Source of the DNA: a virus | IMG/VR virus record: IMGVR_UViG_3300045988_151591 | Location: 34,841 to 98,840 of that record | Strand: one strand, 5' to 3' | DNA length: 64,000 nucleotides | Shown here: piece after piece, positions 19,830 through 28,637 of the stretch | Position numbering within the stretch: the first letter of the stretch is position 1 | How the letters are laid out: each line of letters opens with the position of its first letter | Program-made: the position numbers and the translations under genes | Notes under the pieces: model-generated | Database searches by the model: none | The model's input: the letters and a program-made list of their open reading frames with translations, nothing else | Told to the model about the DNA's origin: nothing

Positions 19830-19936
19830 ATTTTATAATATATTCGTTAAATATCAGAAATAGTATTTAGTTGTCAACGTCGTTGTCCGTGAGGATAGCG
19901 GCGTTTTTTTGTCCTTTTTGCCTACCTTCAATCTAT

Positions 19937-19944
19937 TACCTTTG
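19937..19944 (+). promoter_or_regulatory. Bacteroidetes -7 promoter motif TAccTTTG
   Basis: 'tacctttg' ~90 bp upstream of the protease-scaffold gene. Confidence 0.45.
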
Positions 19945-20034
19945 CAAACAGAAACATTTGACATAGTACATTCTTTGGTAAAAAGAATTGTTTACAGGAT
20001 AACATACATTCACAATCTTAATTTTTAAACCCGT

Positions 20035-21723
20035 ATGAAAGGTCTTTTTGAAATTATGACCAACAAGGAGTGGATGATCAACCCCGAGTTCGTACACGGA
20101 ATACGTAAGGCCTTAGAGCAGAACCTGAACACTCATGCTGCTTTCGAGAAGCCTCAGAAGACTTGCGGTTTTGTCACTGCTATAGACGAGAACGGATGCG
20201 TCTACTATCCCGAGGAATATCAGATCTCAGAGGATGGTAATCAGGTGAGAAGTCAGTGGGCTCTCAAAGATGATGATGCACAAAATTTTCCTTTTGTCTC
20301 TGTCCTTACAGTTGATGGTCCTATCACCCGCAATGGCGGCGGTTGCTCGTATGGTTCCGTCGATCATCGTAACATGATGATTAATGCAGCCAATCATCCT
20401 TTGTGTCGTGGTCATATCTTTATTATTGACACACCTGGCGGTACAGCATGGGCTAAGAATGATTATGAACAGGCCATCAATTACGCACGTTCACTTGGCC
20501 AGCCAGTTCTGTGTTTTATCGATGGCGACTGCTATTCTGCCGGTATGTATCTCGCCTCTCTCTGCGATGAGCGATATTACATGCACCCGAAGGACGGTGT
20601 AGGCTGCATCGGTGTGATGGGTGCTTTTTATACTGAGGCCGACGGCAGTACCAACAAGTTCACCAACGAGACTTATCACGAGATTTACGATCCGGAGTCT
20701 TATGACAAGAATCGCGAGTTCCGTGATATTGCCAACGACGGCAATACGAAGAAGTTCGTGGCAGAGTTGGCTGAACTGGGCGTCGAGTTCCGCAGAGATG
20801 TAAAGAAGGCTTGCCCGAAAGCTAAAAAGGAGCATCTCCATGGAAAGATATTCACAGCCGAAGAGGCAAAGGGCATTTTGGTGGATGGTCAATCTACTTT
20901 CCTTGACTGCATCCACCGCTGCTTCGATCTCTACAATGGTACAGCAAATCCTATCGAGAGAGAAATCACCACTGATGACCAAGGTACTGATACCGAAGGC
21001 ACAGAAAAAGAGCCTAAGAACGTCTCTACCCCAGCTACAGTAGCCAGTTCAGCACAAGAGCCAACGACCGCTCCATCTTCAAAAAAGGATAACAACAACA
21101 ATTTTAACCAAACTCATATTGATATGAAAAATTACCCATTGATTAGCGCTGCTTGTGGAATCAAGGAAGGCGAGATTGAAGTCAATGCAGAGGGCGCATT
21201 CATGAATATGCCATTGCTCGACTCTCTCGAAGCCAAGTTTTACACCAACGAGCAGGCTGTGGCCGATGCCAAGCAGAAAGCCACTACAGCAGAGCAAAAA
21301 CTCGCTGACCTTCAGGCTAAGTTTGATGCTCTTCAGGCAGAACACGACGCAGCTAAGACTCGTTCTGATGAAACGGCTGCAACTCTCGCCAAGAAGGACG
21401 AGGAGATAGCTGCCCTTACAACAAAGAAGAATGAGGAGATAGCTACTCTTACAACCGACAAAGCCAAGGTCGAAGAGGAACTGAAAGGCGCAAAGGAATC
21501 GCTCGCTACAGCCGAGCAGACCATTGCCGACAAGGACGCCCAGATAGCCGCCCTTACCGAAGAGGCTGGCAAGGAACCTGCGGCAGGAACTGCACCAGGT
21601 AACAACGGAGAAGGCGCACAGGTAACCGAACCTCATACAGCCTACCCCACTTGGAACCCTTCAGATCCTGTTGGCTCAAAGAAGGCTATCGAGAAGTATA
21701 AACGTGATAATGGTCTTCTCTAA
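20035..21723 (+). CDS. prohead serine protease (S49/ClpP family) fused to a coiled-coil scaffolding domain
   Basis: 'IIDTPGGTAW' and 'CYSAGMYLASLCD' are ClpP/SppA-like motifs. The C-terminal ~200 aa are coiled-coil heptad repeats ('EEIAALTTKKNEEIATLTTDKAKVEEELK'). Confidence 0.75.
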   Translation: MKGLFEIMTNKEWMINPEFVHGIRKALEQNLNTHAAFEKPQKTCGFVTAIDENGCVYYPEEYQISEDGNQVRSQWALKDDDAQNFPFVSVLTVDGPITRNGGGCSYGSVDHRNMMINAANHPLCRGHIFIIDTPGGTAWAKNDYEQAINYARSLGQPVLCFIDGDCYSAGMYLASLCDERYYMHPKDGVGCIGVMGAFYTEADGSTNKFTNETYHEIYDPESYDKNREFRDIANDGNTKKFVAELAELGVEFRRDVKKACPKAKKEHLHGKIFTAEEAKGILVDGQSTFLDCIHRCFDLYNGTANPIEREITTDDQGTDTEGTEKEPKNVSTPATVASSAQEPTTAPSSKKDNNNNFNQTHIDMKNYPLISAACGIKEGEIEVNAEGAFMNMPLLDSLEAKFYTNEQAVADAKQKATTAEQKLADLQAKFDALQAEHDAAKTRSDETAATLAKKDEEIAALTTKKNEEIATLTTDKAKVEEELKGAKESLATAEQTIADKDAQIAALTEEAGKEPAAGTAPGNNGEGAQVTEPHTAYPTWNPSDPVGSKKAIEKYKRDNGLL

Positions 21724-21776
21724 CATCATTTCTATTTTTTCAAACTTTCATTCACATTTTTAAAAAGTAAAGTATT

Positions 21777-23063
21777 ATGAATACACCTAAAAACTTTATT
21801 GGTATTGATGCCCTTCAGCAGGTAGCTAACCAAGTTTTTAAAAGCGTCGTGATGGGACCACAGTATGCAGCTCCTGAAGATATGCAGCGTCTTGGAGTAA
21901 AAGTTATCAGTGGCATCCAGTATCAGCGTACAACTAACATCTTCTTGCGTAAAGGTGGCACCACTCGCCGAAAGGATGTCAATCCTAAGATGAACAGCGA
22001 GGTGGGCTTCCTGAAAGAGCGCGTACTTACTGCCAAGCTCGCTTGGTTCCATGGTTCTGATAATATCGACAGATATTGCGAGACAATCCATGGTACAGAC
22101 GCGCAGGGTGCTTATCCTCTTTCTACTGTTGCTGTAGAGGCCGTAATAAAAACCCATGCTGATGACATCTACAATAACGCCTGGTGGGGTGACATCGACA
22201 ACGATCACGAGGGCGCTACCGAAGAGGAGAAGGCTATGGGCCTGGCTGATGGTTGGATCACCTGCATCAACCATGACATCGAGGACGGCTTGATTAGTGA
22301 GGCTAACCATAACCTCATTCATTGTGAAGCCATCTCAGCTCCTACGTCTTCCACAGATAGTTCTGCTTACAAGAACTTCCGTGATGCTTACATGAAGCTT
22401 GATCCACGTCTTCGTCGTCAGCCGATTTTCGCTTATATGACTACAGAGACCGCTATCAATATCTCTGATGCTTATGCTCTCCAGTCATACGGTACTCACA
22501 AGCTCGACGTAGTAGCAGACGGTAACTACAAGATTCCTGAGTTGCCAAAGGTAACTATCGCTCCTGTAGACGGTATGGGTGAAGGCGACCGCATCATCTT
22601 CTCTGTTGCCAACAACCTCGTGTTCGCTGTTGATTCAGAGGGTAATCAGACTTTCGTCGATGTACGCCTCGGCTCTGACAACGATACACGTGACCTGCAG
22701 TTCCAGTGTCAGAGTATTCAGGGCTACGGTATCGAAAATCCATTCTCATGGGCTTTGGCTGTTACGGATGGTGAGCTGCGCTGCACTGACTTTGTATCTG
22801 GCGACTATACCAACTCTAACCTTGTAGTGACTATCGCAGAAACTGAAGGCAAGGAGATTACCGACGCTTCAGTAACCGTCAACGGTACTAAGTACGACAA
22901 GGCCGTAGAAACCACTCCTAACCAGATCCTGACTCTTGAGGCAAAGGATGGTACAAAGGATAAGTTCTCGCATTGGAGTAATGGTAGCAAGGAGAAGTCC
23001 ATCACTATCACCGCTACTGGTATGAGTATGGGTCTTACTGCCTTCTTCAAGGCAAGTGAGTAA
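21777..23063 (+). CDS. major capsid protein candidate (HK97-like position)
   Basis: 428 aa. Lies immediately after the protease-scaffold gene. A strong terminator follows it. Confidence 0.5.
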   Translation: MNTPKNFIGIDALQQVANQVFKSVVMGPQYAAPEDMQRLGVKVISGIQYQRTTNIFLRKGGTTRRKDVNPKMNSEVGFLKERVLTAKLAWFHGSDNIDRYCETIHGTDAQGAYPLSTVAVEAVIKTHADDIYNNAWWGDIDNDHEGATEEEKAMGLADGWITCINHDIEDGLISEANHNLIHCEAISAPTSSTDSSAYKNFRDAYMKLDPRLRRQPIFAYMTTETAINISDAYALQSYGTHKLDVVADGNYKIPELPKVTIAPVDGMGEGDRIIFSVANNLVFAVDSEGNQTFVDVRLGSDNDTRDLQFQCQSIQGYGIENPFSWALAVTDGELRCTDFVSGDYTNSNLVVTIAETEGKEITDASVTVNGTKYDKAVETTPNQILTLEAKDGTKDKFSHWSNGSKEKSITITATGMSMGLTAFFKASE

Positions 23064-23097
23064 TCATCGGCACGACTGCTCATAATAATAAAATCAC

Positions 23098-23147
23098 GGG
23101 CGGCGGTCGGCTGACCTGACGGAAAATGTCGGTCGTCGCCTTTTTTA
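23098..23147 (+). terminator. intrinsic terminator after capsid gene
   Basis: 13-bp stem 'ggcggcggtcggc...gtcggtcgtcgcc' with G-U wobbles, followed by TTTTTT. Confidence 0.6.
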
Positions 23148-23173
23148 TTAAACCATTAAAACAAGATACAACT

Positions 23174-23740
23174 ATGGCAGAAAAAGCAACATGTCCTGAG
23201 CTCTTGGATGTACTGAACGAAAACGAGTGCTTGGAGAATATCGCAGGTATGGGCAATAATGTGTATATCGGTCTGAAGAGTGATTTGGCTGCGCCACTGA
23301 CTCTCACAGGCAGCACTTATTCTACTCCTACCTTCAAGAGCGGTAAGGGACTTTACAAGGTTGAAGCCAGCGATGACACACAGCAGATCCAGGGTTCTTC
23401 GGCTGGTTACAGAGGTGGCTTCGATCTTACAACTAACTTTGCTCTCGACTCTGTGAGTGAGACAGGCGGCAAGTTGGCCCGCGCTATCAACAACCAGGAT
23501 GTTTTCATCATCGTAACAGGTAAGGGTGGCGACAGAACGCAGATCATGTACGATCCTAACATCAAGGTGAAGTTCGACAATGGCGGCATCAAAACCGACA
23601 CTGGTGCCAAGAGTGGCGACGAGCGTAAAACCACCTTTGAGGCAAAACTGAACGGTGTACTTTATCCTAACCTCTACGTGACCGATCCTGCAACGGAAGG
23701 ATGGGATTCACTCCTTGCTTCCAAGGCAGTGGGGGGATAA
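23174..23740 (+). CDS. virion structural protein candidate (tail-tube or decoration-like)
   Basis: Start chosen at 'MAEKATCPELL', after the terminator. Gly/Thr-rich beta-like sequence. Ends at a G6 tract. Confidence 0.45.
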   Translation: MAEKATCPELLDVLNENECLENIAGMGNNVYIGLKSDLAAPLTLTGSTYSTPTFKSGKGLYKVEASDDTQQIQGSSAGYRGGFDLTTNFALDSVSETGGKLARAINNQDVFIIVTGKGGDRTQIMYDPNIKVKFDNGGIKTDTGAKSGDERKTTFEAKLNGVLYPNLYVTDPATEGWDSLLASKAVGG

Positions 23741-24113
23741 CGGGCGGAACTGATAAGGGCGAGACTGATTCCGCCGACCCAGGAACATCAGCAGCAAAGA
23801 AAGCGGCTGCGAGAGCGACTGCGGCAAGGACGAGCACTGCAAGTGTGAAGCCGACAGACGCAAGTACAACTCCGACAAGCGCCGCCAGTACATTGATTGA
23901 TGATGATTGATCGCTCTAAATTGTAAGGCATAACATTTACGATTTTAAAATTTATACTTTCAAAGACTCGGTATCTTGGCTAATAAGTCTATGATACCGA
24001 GTTTTTTGTTATTATAATATTAGCATTTTTAATGCGAGGTTTCTGTTATCTTTAAATATTTTGTGTAAATTTGCGGCATGAATTTATTATTGGTCTATTA
24101 ACATTTAACTATT

Positions 24114-25022
24114 ATGGAACTTCGTCATTTGCGCTCATTTGTATATGTAGCCGAAACTTTATCGTTCAGTATTGCAGCCACGCGCTGTTGTGTCGCTCAG
24201 TCCGCCATCAGTCAACACATCAAGGCTCTTGAGGATGAACTGAGGTGCAAGTTGCTTATCCGCACCTCGCACAGCATTATGCTCACCGAGAGTGGCGAGG
24301 CGCTTTTGCCTCGCGCCAAGGAGATACTGAAGCAGACGGATGACTGCAAGGAGCAAATCAATGCGCTCAACAACTGCCTTGTGGGCGAGCTGAGGATAGG
24401 TGTAGGCTCTTTTATCGCACCTTACATTCGGATGGCGGCACTTATCTTCATGGAGCGATACCCGAATGTGAGAATCAACGCCGAGTTTGCCAAGGCAGCG
24501 AACTTGAACCACCTGTTGAGAAGCCACTCCATCGACCTCGCCTTCACTCTGAACTCTGCCTACAAGAATGAGGGTATCAAGTCAGAACCCTGTATTCCTT
24601 TCCGTATCTATGCGATGATGCGGGACACCCATCCCCTGGCCCGACTGGAAAAGGTGTCATACGAGGATTTGTTAAGGCACAACGTGATTATGCCCGATGT
24701 AGGCGAAAGGGTGTTCAATACCTTCCAGCAATATCTGAGATATGACTTGATGAAACTGAATGTAAAATGTATTGTGAGCGACCCCAACGAAGACCTTGCC
24801 ATCGTGGAAGAAACCCATTGTGTTACTTTCATGCCTAAACTTTATCTGAAGAGTCACCCCACCCTTACCGTCCGTCCCATCGTGGGGCTTGAGCACGACC
24901 TGATGAGCAATGCCCACTGGATGAAGGACGTGCCGATGAAGCGGTCAGCACAACTTTTTCTCGACATTGTGCGCAACGAAGCCATACCTTATATTAAAAC
25001 TCTTGAGGAAGCCATGCGATAA
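24114..25022 (+). CDS. LysR-family transcriptional regulator
   Basis: N-terminal HTH 'LRHLRSFVYVAETLSFSIAATRCCVAQSAISQHIKALEDELRCKLLIRTS'. The length and C-terminal domain fit the LysR family. Confidence 0.85.
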   Translation: MELRHLRSFVYVAETLSFSIAATRCCVAQSAISQHIKALEDELRCKLLIRTSHSIMLTESGEALLPRAKEILKQTDDCKEQINALNNCLVGELRIGVGSFIAPYIRMAALIFMERYPNVRINAEFAKAANLNHLLRSHSIDLAFTLNSAYKNEGIKSEPCIPFRIYAMMRDTHPLARLEKVSYEDLLRHNVIMPDVGERVFNTFQQYLRYDLMKLNVKCIVSDPNEDLAIVEETHCVTFMPKLYLKSHPTLTVRPIVGLEHDLMSNAHWMKDVPMKRSAQLFLDIVRNEAIPYIKTLEEAMR

Positions 25023-25197
25023 AAAGATATTGTTATTATACCTTTATATATTGTGCCTGTTTATGTTTTCATAAGCATTTCTGTTTCGTGGTTTTCCTGT
25101 AAGAATACTTCATAGACTTCCCTTTTCTTTTTGTCTGTTTCCCTTTACTTTTGCAGATGATTCCGATATTGGAAGAATTTTGTAAATATCAATCATT

Positions 25198-25716
25198 ATG
25201 CAAGTAAAAACTAATGACGGCAACTATGATGTTGCCAGCAAAGGCTTAGGCAACACTGCCCTTGGCCTTGGTATTGCGGGATTGGCTACCAGCCTTTTGG
25301 GCGGTGGCGCTTCGCTGTTGGGCATGACGAGAAACGGCGGTCCGGCTACTGCCAACCCTTCCGACCCCGATGCGCGTTTCGTGACCAAGAGTGAGACCAA
25401 CCTCATTCAGGAGAACTCTACACTCAAGACTGAGCTCGCCATCCAGAAGAGCGAGAACTACACCGACAAGAAGTTGGTAGAGGTAACCCAGTATCTTGAC
25501 ACGAAGTTGCGCCGTGTGGAAGACAAGGTGGATGCCAACAAGGACGCACAGCAGGCGATCAACGCACAGCAGATGGCATACAATGCTGCTGCCAATGCCA
25601 ACATCGACGTGCTGAAGTCGCAGGTGGCATCTCTTGCGAGTGTCACCAAGGTGTTTATCCCTTCCAGCAACGTATGCCAGACCGGCTGCGGTTGTGGTTG
25701 TGGCTGTAACCAGTAA
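25198..25716 (+). CDS. membrane-anchored coiled-coil protein (i-spanin-like) with C-terminal GCGCGCGC tail
   Basis: TM segment 'LGLGIAGLATSLLGGGASLLG'. Long coiled-coil. Ends 'QTGCGCGCGCNQ'. Confidence 0.45.
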   Translation: MQVKTNDGNYDVASKGLGNTALGLGIAGLATSLLGGGASLLGMTRNGGPATANPSDPDARFVTKSETNLIQENSTLKTELAIQKSENYTDKKLVEVTQYLDTKLRRVEDKVDANKDAQQAINAQQMAYNAAANANIDVLKSQVASLASVTKVFIPSSNVCQTGCGCGCGCNQ

Positions 25717-25728
25717 TCGGCGTGAGAT

Positions 25729-26151
25729 ATGGATTACACCAATTCTCAGATTTTGGCGGCGGTCGTGTCCGAGTGGGCACGGCCAGCCATTTCGCAGATT
25801 GCTGCCAGCAACCTGATGCGTCTGCCCATGCTCCAGTCGTTGCAAGCCACCATCGGCAGCATGGGACTGGTGAGCGGCAACTACTCGCTGCAGGCCGACA
25901 TGGAGCCGATGATACAGCCCATCGTGAATGCGCTCGTCACACCGATGCTATGCAAGTACTTCGGCAACATTCCCGACGAGAGCATTCCGCAGATGGCTCA
26001 CGACGTGGTGGACCAGTTGCGCTTCAAGGGGTCGCTCTCTATCCTTGAGGGCATGATCACCTTCGACGAGGATGACCTCGACGAGCTGGCAGACCTTCTG
26101 CAGAAGAACCTACCTGTGGAGTCTTCGACAGGCTATCAGGTAAAACATTAA
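25729..26151 (+). CDS. hypothetical protein (140 aa)
   Basis: ORF. Confidence 0.4.
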   Translation: MDYTNSQILAAVVSEWARPAISQIAASNLMRLPMLQSLQATIGSMGLVSGNYSLQADMEPMIQPIVNALVTPMLCKYFGNIPDESIPQMAHDVVDQLRFKGSLSILEGMITFDEDDLDELADLLQKNLPVESSTGYQVKH

Positions 26152-26207
26152 CGTAAGAAAAAATGCGGCGGCCAAGATGCGTCGCTTTATTAAAAAAGAA
26201 AAAGACT

Positions 26208-26639
26208 ATGAACAAAAGAACCATTCCAGCCGTCATTACGGCTACTCTGGCAGTAGGTGCGACAGCCACTGCCCCTTATTACGATGTGAACATCACGCAG
26301 CAGCTCTGCACACCTGCCTGTGTGGACGAGACACCCGTGTTCGTGCCCCAGTTTTCGGTGAAGAATATTGTCAAGGTAGGCACTTCGCAGTATCTCGTGG
26401 TGATGCACGCCGAGGGTGTCATCAACTACGTGCCCTGCAACTGCGGAACGTGCTGCACCCGCTCCCAGGTGGTGAGCCAGGACTTCACCATTCCCGTGTT
26501 CAGTGCTACAGCCATTGCGTCCGTGTCTGCTTCGGTAGGTGCGATTCAGAACGGCATAGCCCGTGTGGCTTGTTGCAGCTGCAGTAAGACCTTTGTGTGC
26601 GATGCGCCTCTCACCCTCACCATCACAGCGACCGCTTAA
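26208..26639 (+). CDS. secreted Cys-rich protein
   Basis: Start at 'MNKRTIPAVITATLAVGATATAP', a signal-peptide-like segment. Cysteine clusters include CNCGTCC and CCSCS. Confidence 0.4.
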   Translation: MNKRTIPAVITATLAVGATATAPYYDVNITQQLCTPACVDETPVFVPQFSVKNIVKVGTSQYLVVMHAEGVINYVPCNCGTCCTRSQVVSQDFTIPVFSATAIASVSASVGAIQNGIARVACCSCSKTFVCDAPLTLTITATA

Positions 26640-26648
26640 ACTCTGACG

Positions 26649-26978
26649 ATGATGACGGAGTATCTGTTAGTAACCCTCGCAGTCCTGACGGCCGCGACGC
26701 TCATTCAGCATCTGGGATTGGCTGAAGCCGTAGCCCAGGTGTTGAGCAAGGTGGCATCATGCCCTCAGTGCCTTACGTTCTGGAGTGTGCTTGCCGTACT
26801 TGTGTGTATGCGTTGTTCTCCCGTCGGGGCTGCGCTGTTGTCCATTCTTGCAGCTTATTGTTCCAACTGGCTTTTGCTGTTGCTGCTTTTGCTGCAGAGA
26901 TTATTCACAAGACTATACGATTATGAAAGAAAAGAAAGTGAAGGTCAGTCCCGAGGCTCTGACAGAACCATCGAGTGA
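26649..26978 (+). CDS. small membrane protein (holin candidate)
   Basis: 109 aa. 3 hydrophobic helices. Charged C-terminus. Lies upstream of the endolysin. Confidence 0.4.
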   Translation: MMTEYLLVTLAVLTAATLIQHLGLAEAVAQVLSKVASCPQCLTFWSVLAVLVCMRCSPVGAALLSILAAYCSNWLLLLLLLLQRLFTRLYDYERKESEGQSRGSDRTIE

Positions 26979-27133
26979 CGACCTAAGAGAAAATAAGAAA
27001 GAAAGAAAGTTAGAGCAAGTTTCTTTCTTTCTTCCCGATTCGGGACAGGCGACGGCGCTTCCCGTCATTCCACATTTCCGTGGTGCTTGCCCCAATTGTT
27101 AGACCATTAATTCTTAAAAAATAAATAAAAATC

Positions 27134-27628
27134 ATGAAGTACAATCAATTAATCAACCAGGCCCGTGTTGACGGACAGATGACAGACAAAAAACTCAATG
27201 CTGCCTTGGAGCAGTTGTCGTGCGACCTGATGAAGGTGGAGAATGAGAATCCAGAGCTTTACTGGAAGATCATCCGTCACCAGCATGCCGTGCTCTACGA
27301 CCGCCACTACAGCGAGATGTTTGCCCATCATGATGTCGACCGACTTCTCTACAGCAAGTTGGACGATGAGGGTGTGCCTATGGGCAGGGGCGCTCACTGG
27401 ACTAAATCGGAGATTGAGCAAGCCACCAAGGACTTCGACTTCCCAAGCAAGGTGAATTGTTGGGACAAGTATGTAGCCTTCAATGCCATGTATGCTGACC
27501 TCTGCGCCGAGATGAGCGAAGAGGAGATTATCAAAGCCGCATACTTGTTCTACTTCTGTGATGCCGACTGGAAGGACACAGATGTACTCGACTGTACGAA
27601 AGTATGGGAATACATGAGCCATGTTTGA
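27134..27628 (+). CDS. hypothetical protein (164 aa)
   Basis: ORF. Confidence 0.5.
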   Translation: MKYNQLINQARVDGQMTDKKLNAALEQLSCDLMKVENENPELYWKIIRHQHAVLYDRHYSEMFAHHDVDRLLYSKLDDEGVPMGRGAHWTKSEIEQATKDFDFPSKVNCWDKYVAFNAMYADLCAEMSEEEIIKAAYLFYFCDADWKDTDVLDCTKVWEYMSHV

Positions 27629-27894
27629 AAAGTAAAAAGGTAAAAAGAGCCGAATATCATTTTGCTGGCGTCAGCAAAATGGTAGTCTTGCCTTTTCAGG
27701 ATAATATTTCGTTTCAGAAGCCGCTTTGCTCCACGAAGAGTGCAGCATTGCGGCTTCCATTGTTTCCGGCTGCGTCAACCCGGTGCGCAGTCTGTCATAC
27801 AAAGTAGCTGGGATATTTTTGTCCCGCACGACGGATAGCGTTTTCGTATCTTTGCCCTACATTTATTAACAACAGAACAAGAAAACGATAAACT

Positions 27895-28449
27895 ATGGTA
27901 AAGATTGAACCTTTAGCTAAATTCATTCTCTCGTTTGAGGGAGGTTTCGTGAACGACCCGAAAGACCGTGGTGGCGCAACCAACAAGGGCGTGACCATCG
28001 GTACATGGCGGCAGCAGGGGTACGACAAGAACGGCGACGGACGGATAGACGTGCGCGACCTCCGACTTATCTCAGATGCTGACGCTACGGAAATCCTGCG
28101 CCGATGCTATTGGCGCCGATGCCGTGCCGACGAGATCAATGACCAGAGCATCGCCAACCTCCTTGTGGACTGGCTGTGGATCAGCGGTACGCCTGCCGTC
28201 ACCCTCACCCAAGCCATACTGGGTGTGAAAGCCGACGGCATCATGGGAAAGAACACCATGGCCGCCCTAAACCGACAGAACCCCGAAGCTTTCTTCTCGC
28301 GCCTCAAGGCTCGCCGCAAGTTGTACTACGAGCGGTTGGCGAAGAACAAACCGTCACAGAAGCGGTTCCTCGCCGGATGGCTTCGTCGGCTCGACGGCAT
28401 CCGATACGGCTCGCTCGTCGACAACCGGGGGAGAGAAATCACCTGGTAG
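27895..28449 (+). CDS. endolysin: GH108 lysozyme domain plus PG_binding_3-like domain
   Basis: 'FEGGFVNDPKDRGGATNKGVT' is the GH108 EGG..NDP.D.GG.T.G.T signature. 'DGIMGKNTMAALN' is the peptidoglycan-binding motif. Confidence 0.85.
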   Translation: MVKIEPLAKFILSFEGGFVNDPKDRGGATNKGVTIGTWRQQGYDKNGDGRIDVRDLRLISDADATEILRRCYWRRCRADEINDQSIANLLVDWLWISGTPAVTLTQAILGVKADGIMGKNTMAALNRQNPEAFFSRLKARRKLYYERLAKNKPSQKRFLAGWLRRLDGIRYGSLVDNRGREITW

Positions 28450-28469
28450 TTTTGATAACTTTCCCATCC

Positions 28470-28620
28470 ATTTTTGGATTTTTCTGGATAAATCTGGTCC
28501 AGCTTTTGGATTTTTCTGGATTAAAAATAGTCCAATTTTGGCGTTTTTTGGATAAAATCGTACAATTTTAGATTTTTTCTGTACTAAAATCGTCCAATTT
28601 TGGCATTTTTGGGATAAAAA
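28470..28620. repeat. 5x tandem ~30-bp repeat TTTTGGATTTTTCTGGATAAAATCGTCCAA
   Basis: Degenerate direct repeats read between the endolysin gene and 28638. Confidence 0.6.
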
Positions 28621-28637
28621 CTTAGGATTCTATAAAA

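Noticed and set aside
23126-23173. Upstream extension of the 23174 gene to the ORF-track start at 23126
   Set aside because: The extension would span the strong intrinsic terminator hairpin and T-run at 23098-23147. The internal ATG at 23174 after the terminator is the sensible start.
23701-23910. 69-aa ORF as an independent gene
   Set aside because: It has no credible start or RBS context of its own. It is more plausibly the -1 frame continuation past the G6 tract (reported as a finding), or non-coding.
28470-28620. Tandem repeats as a CRISPR array
   Set aside because: The units are AT-rich and degenerate, with no conserved repeats separated by unique equal-length spacers. No cas genes are present.
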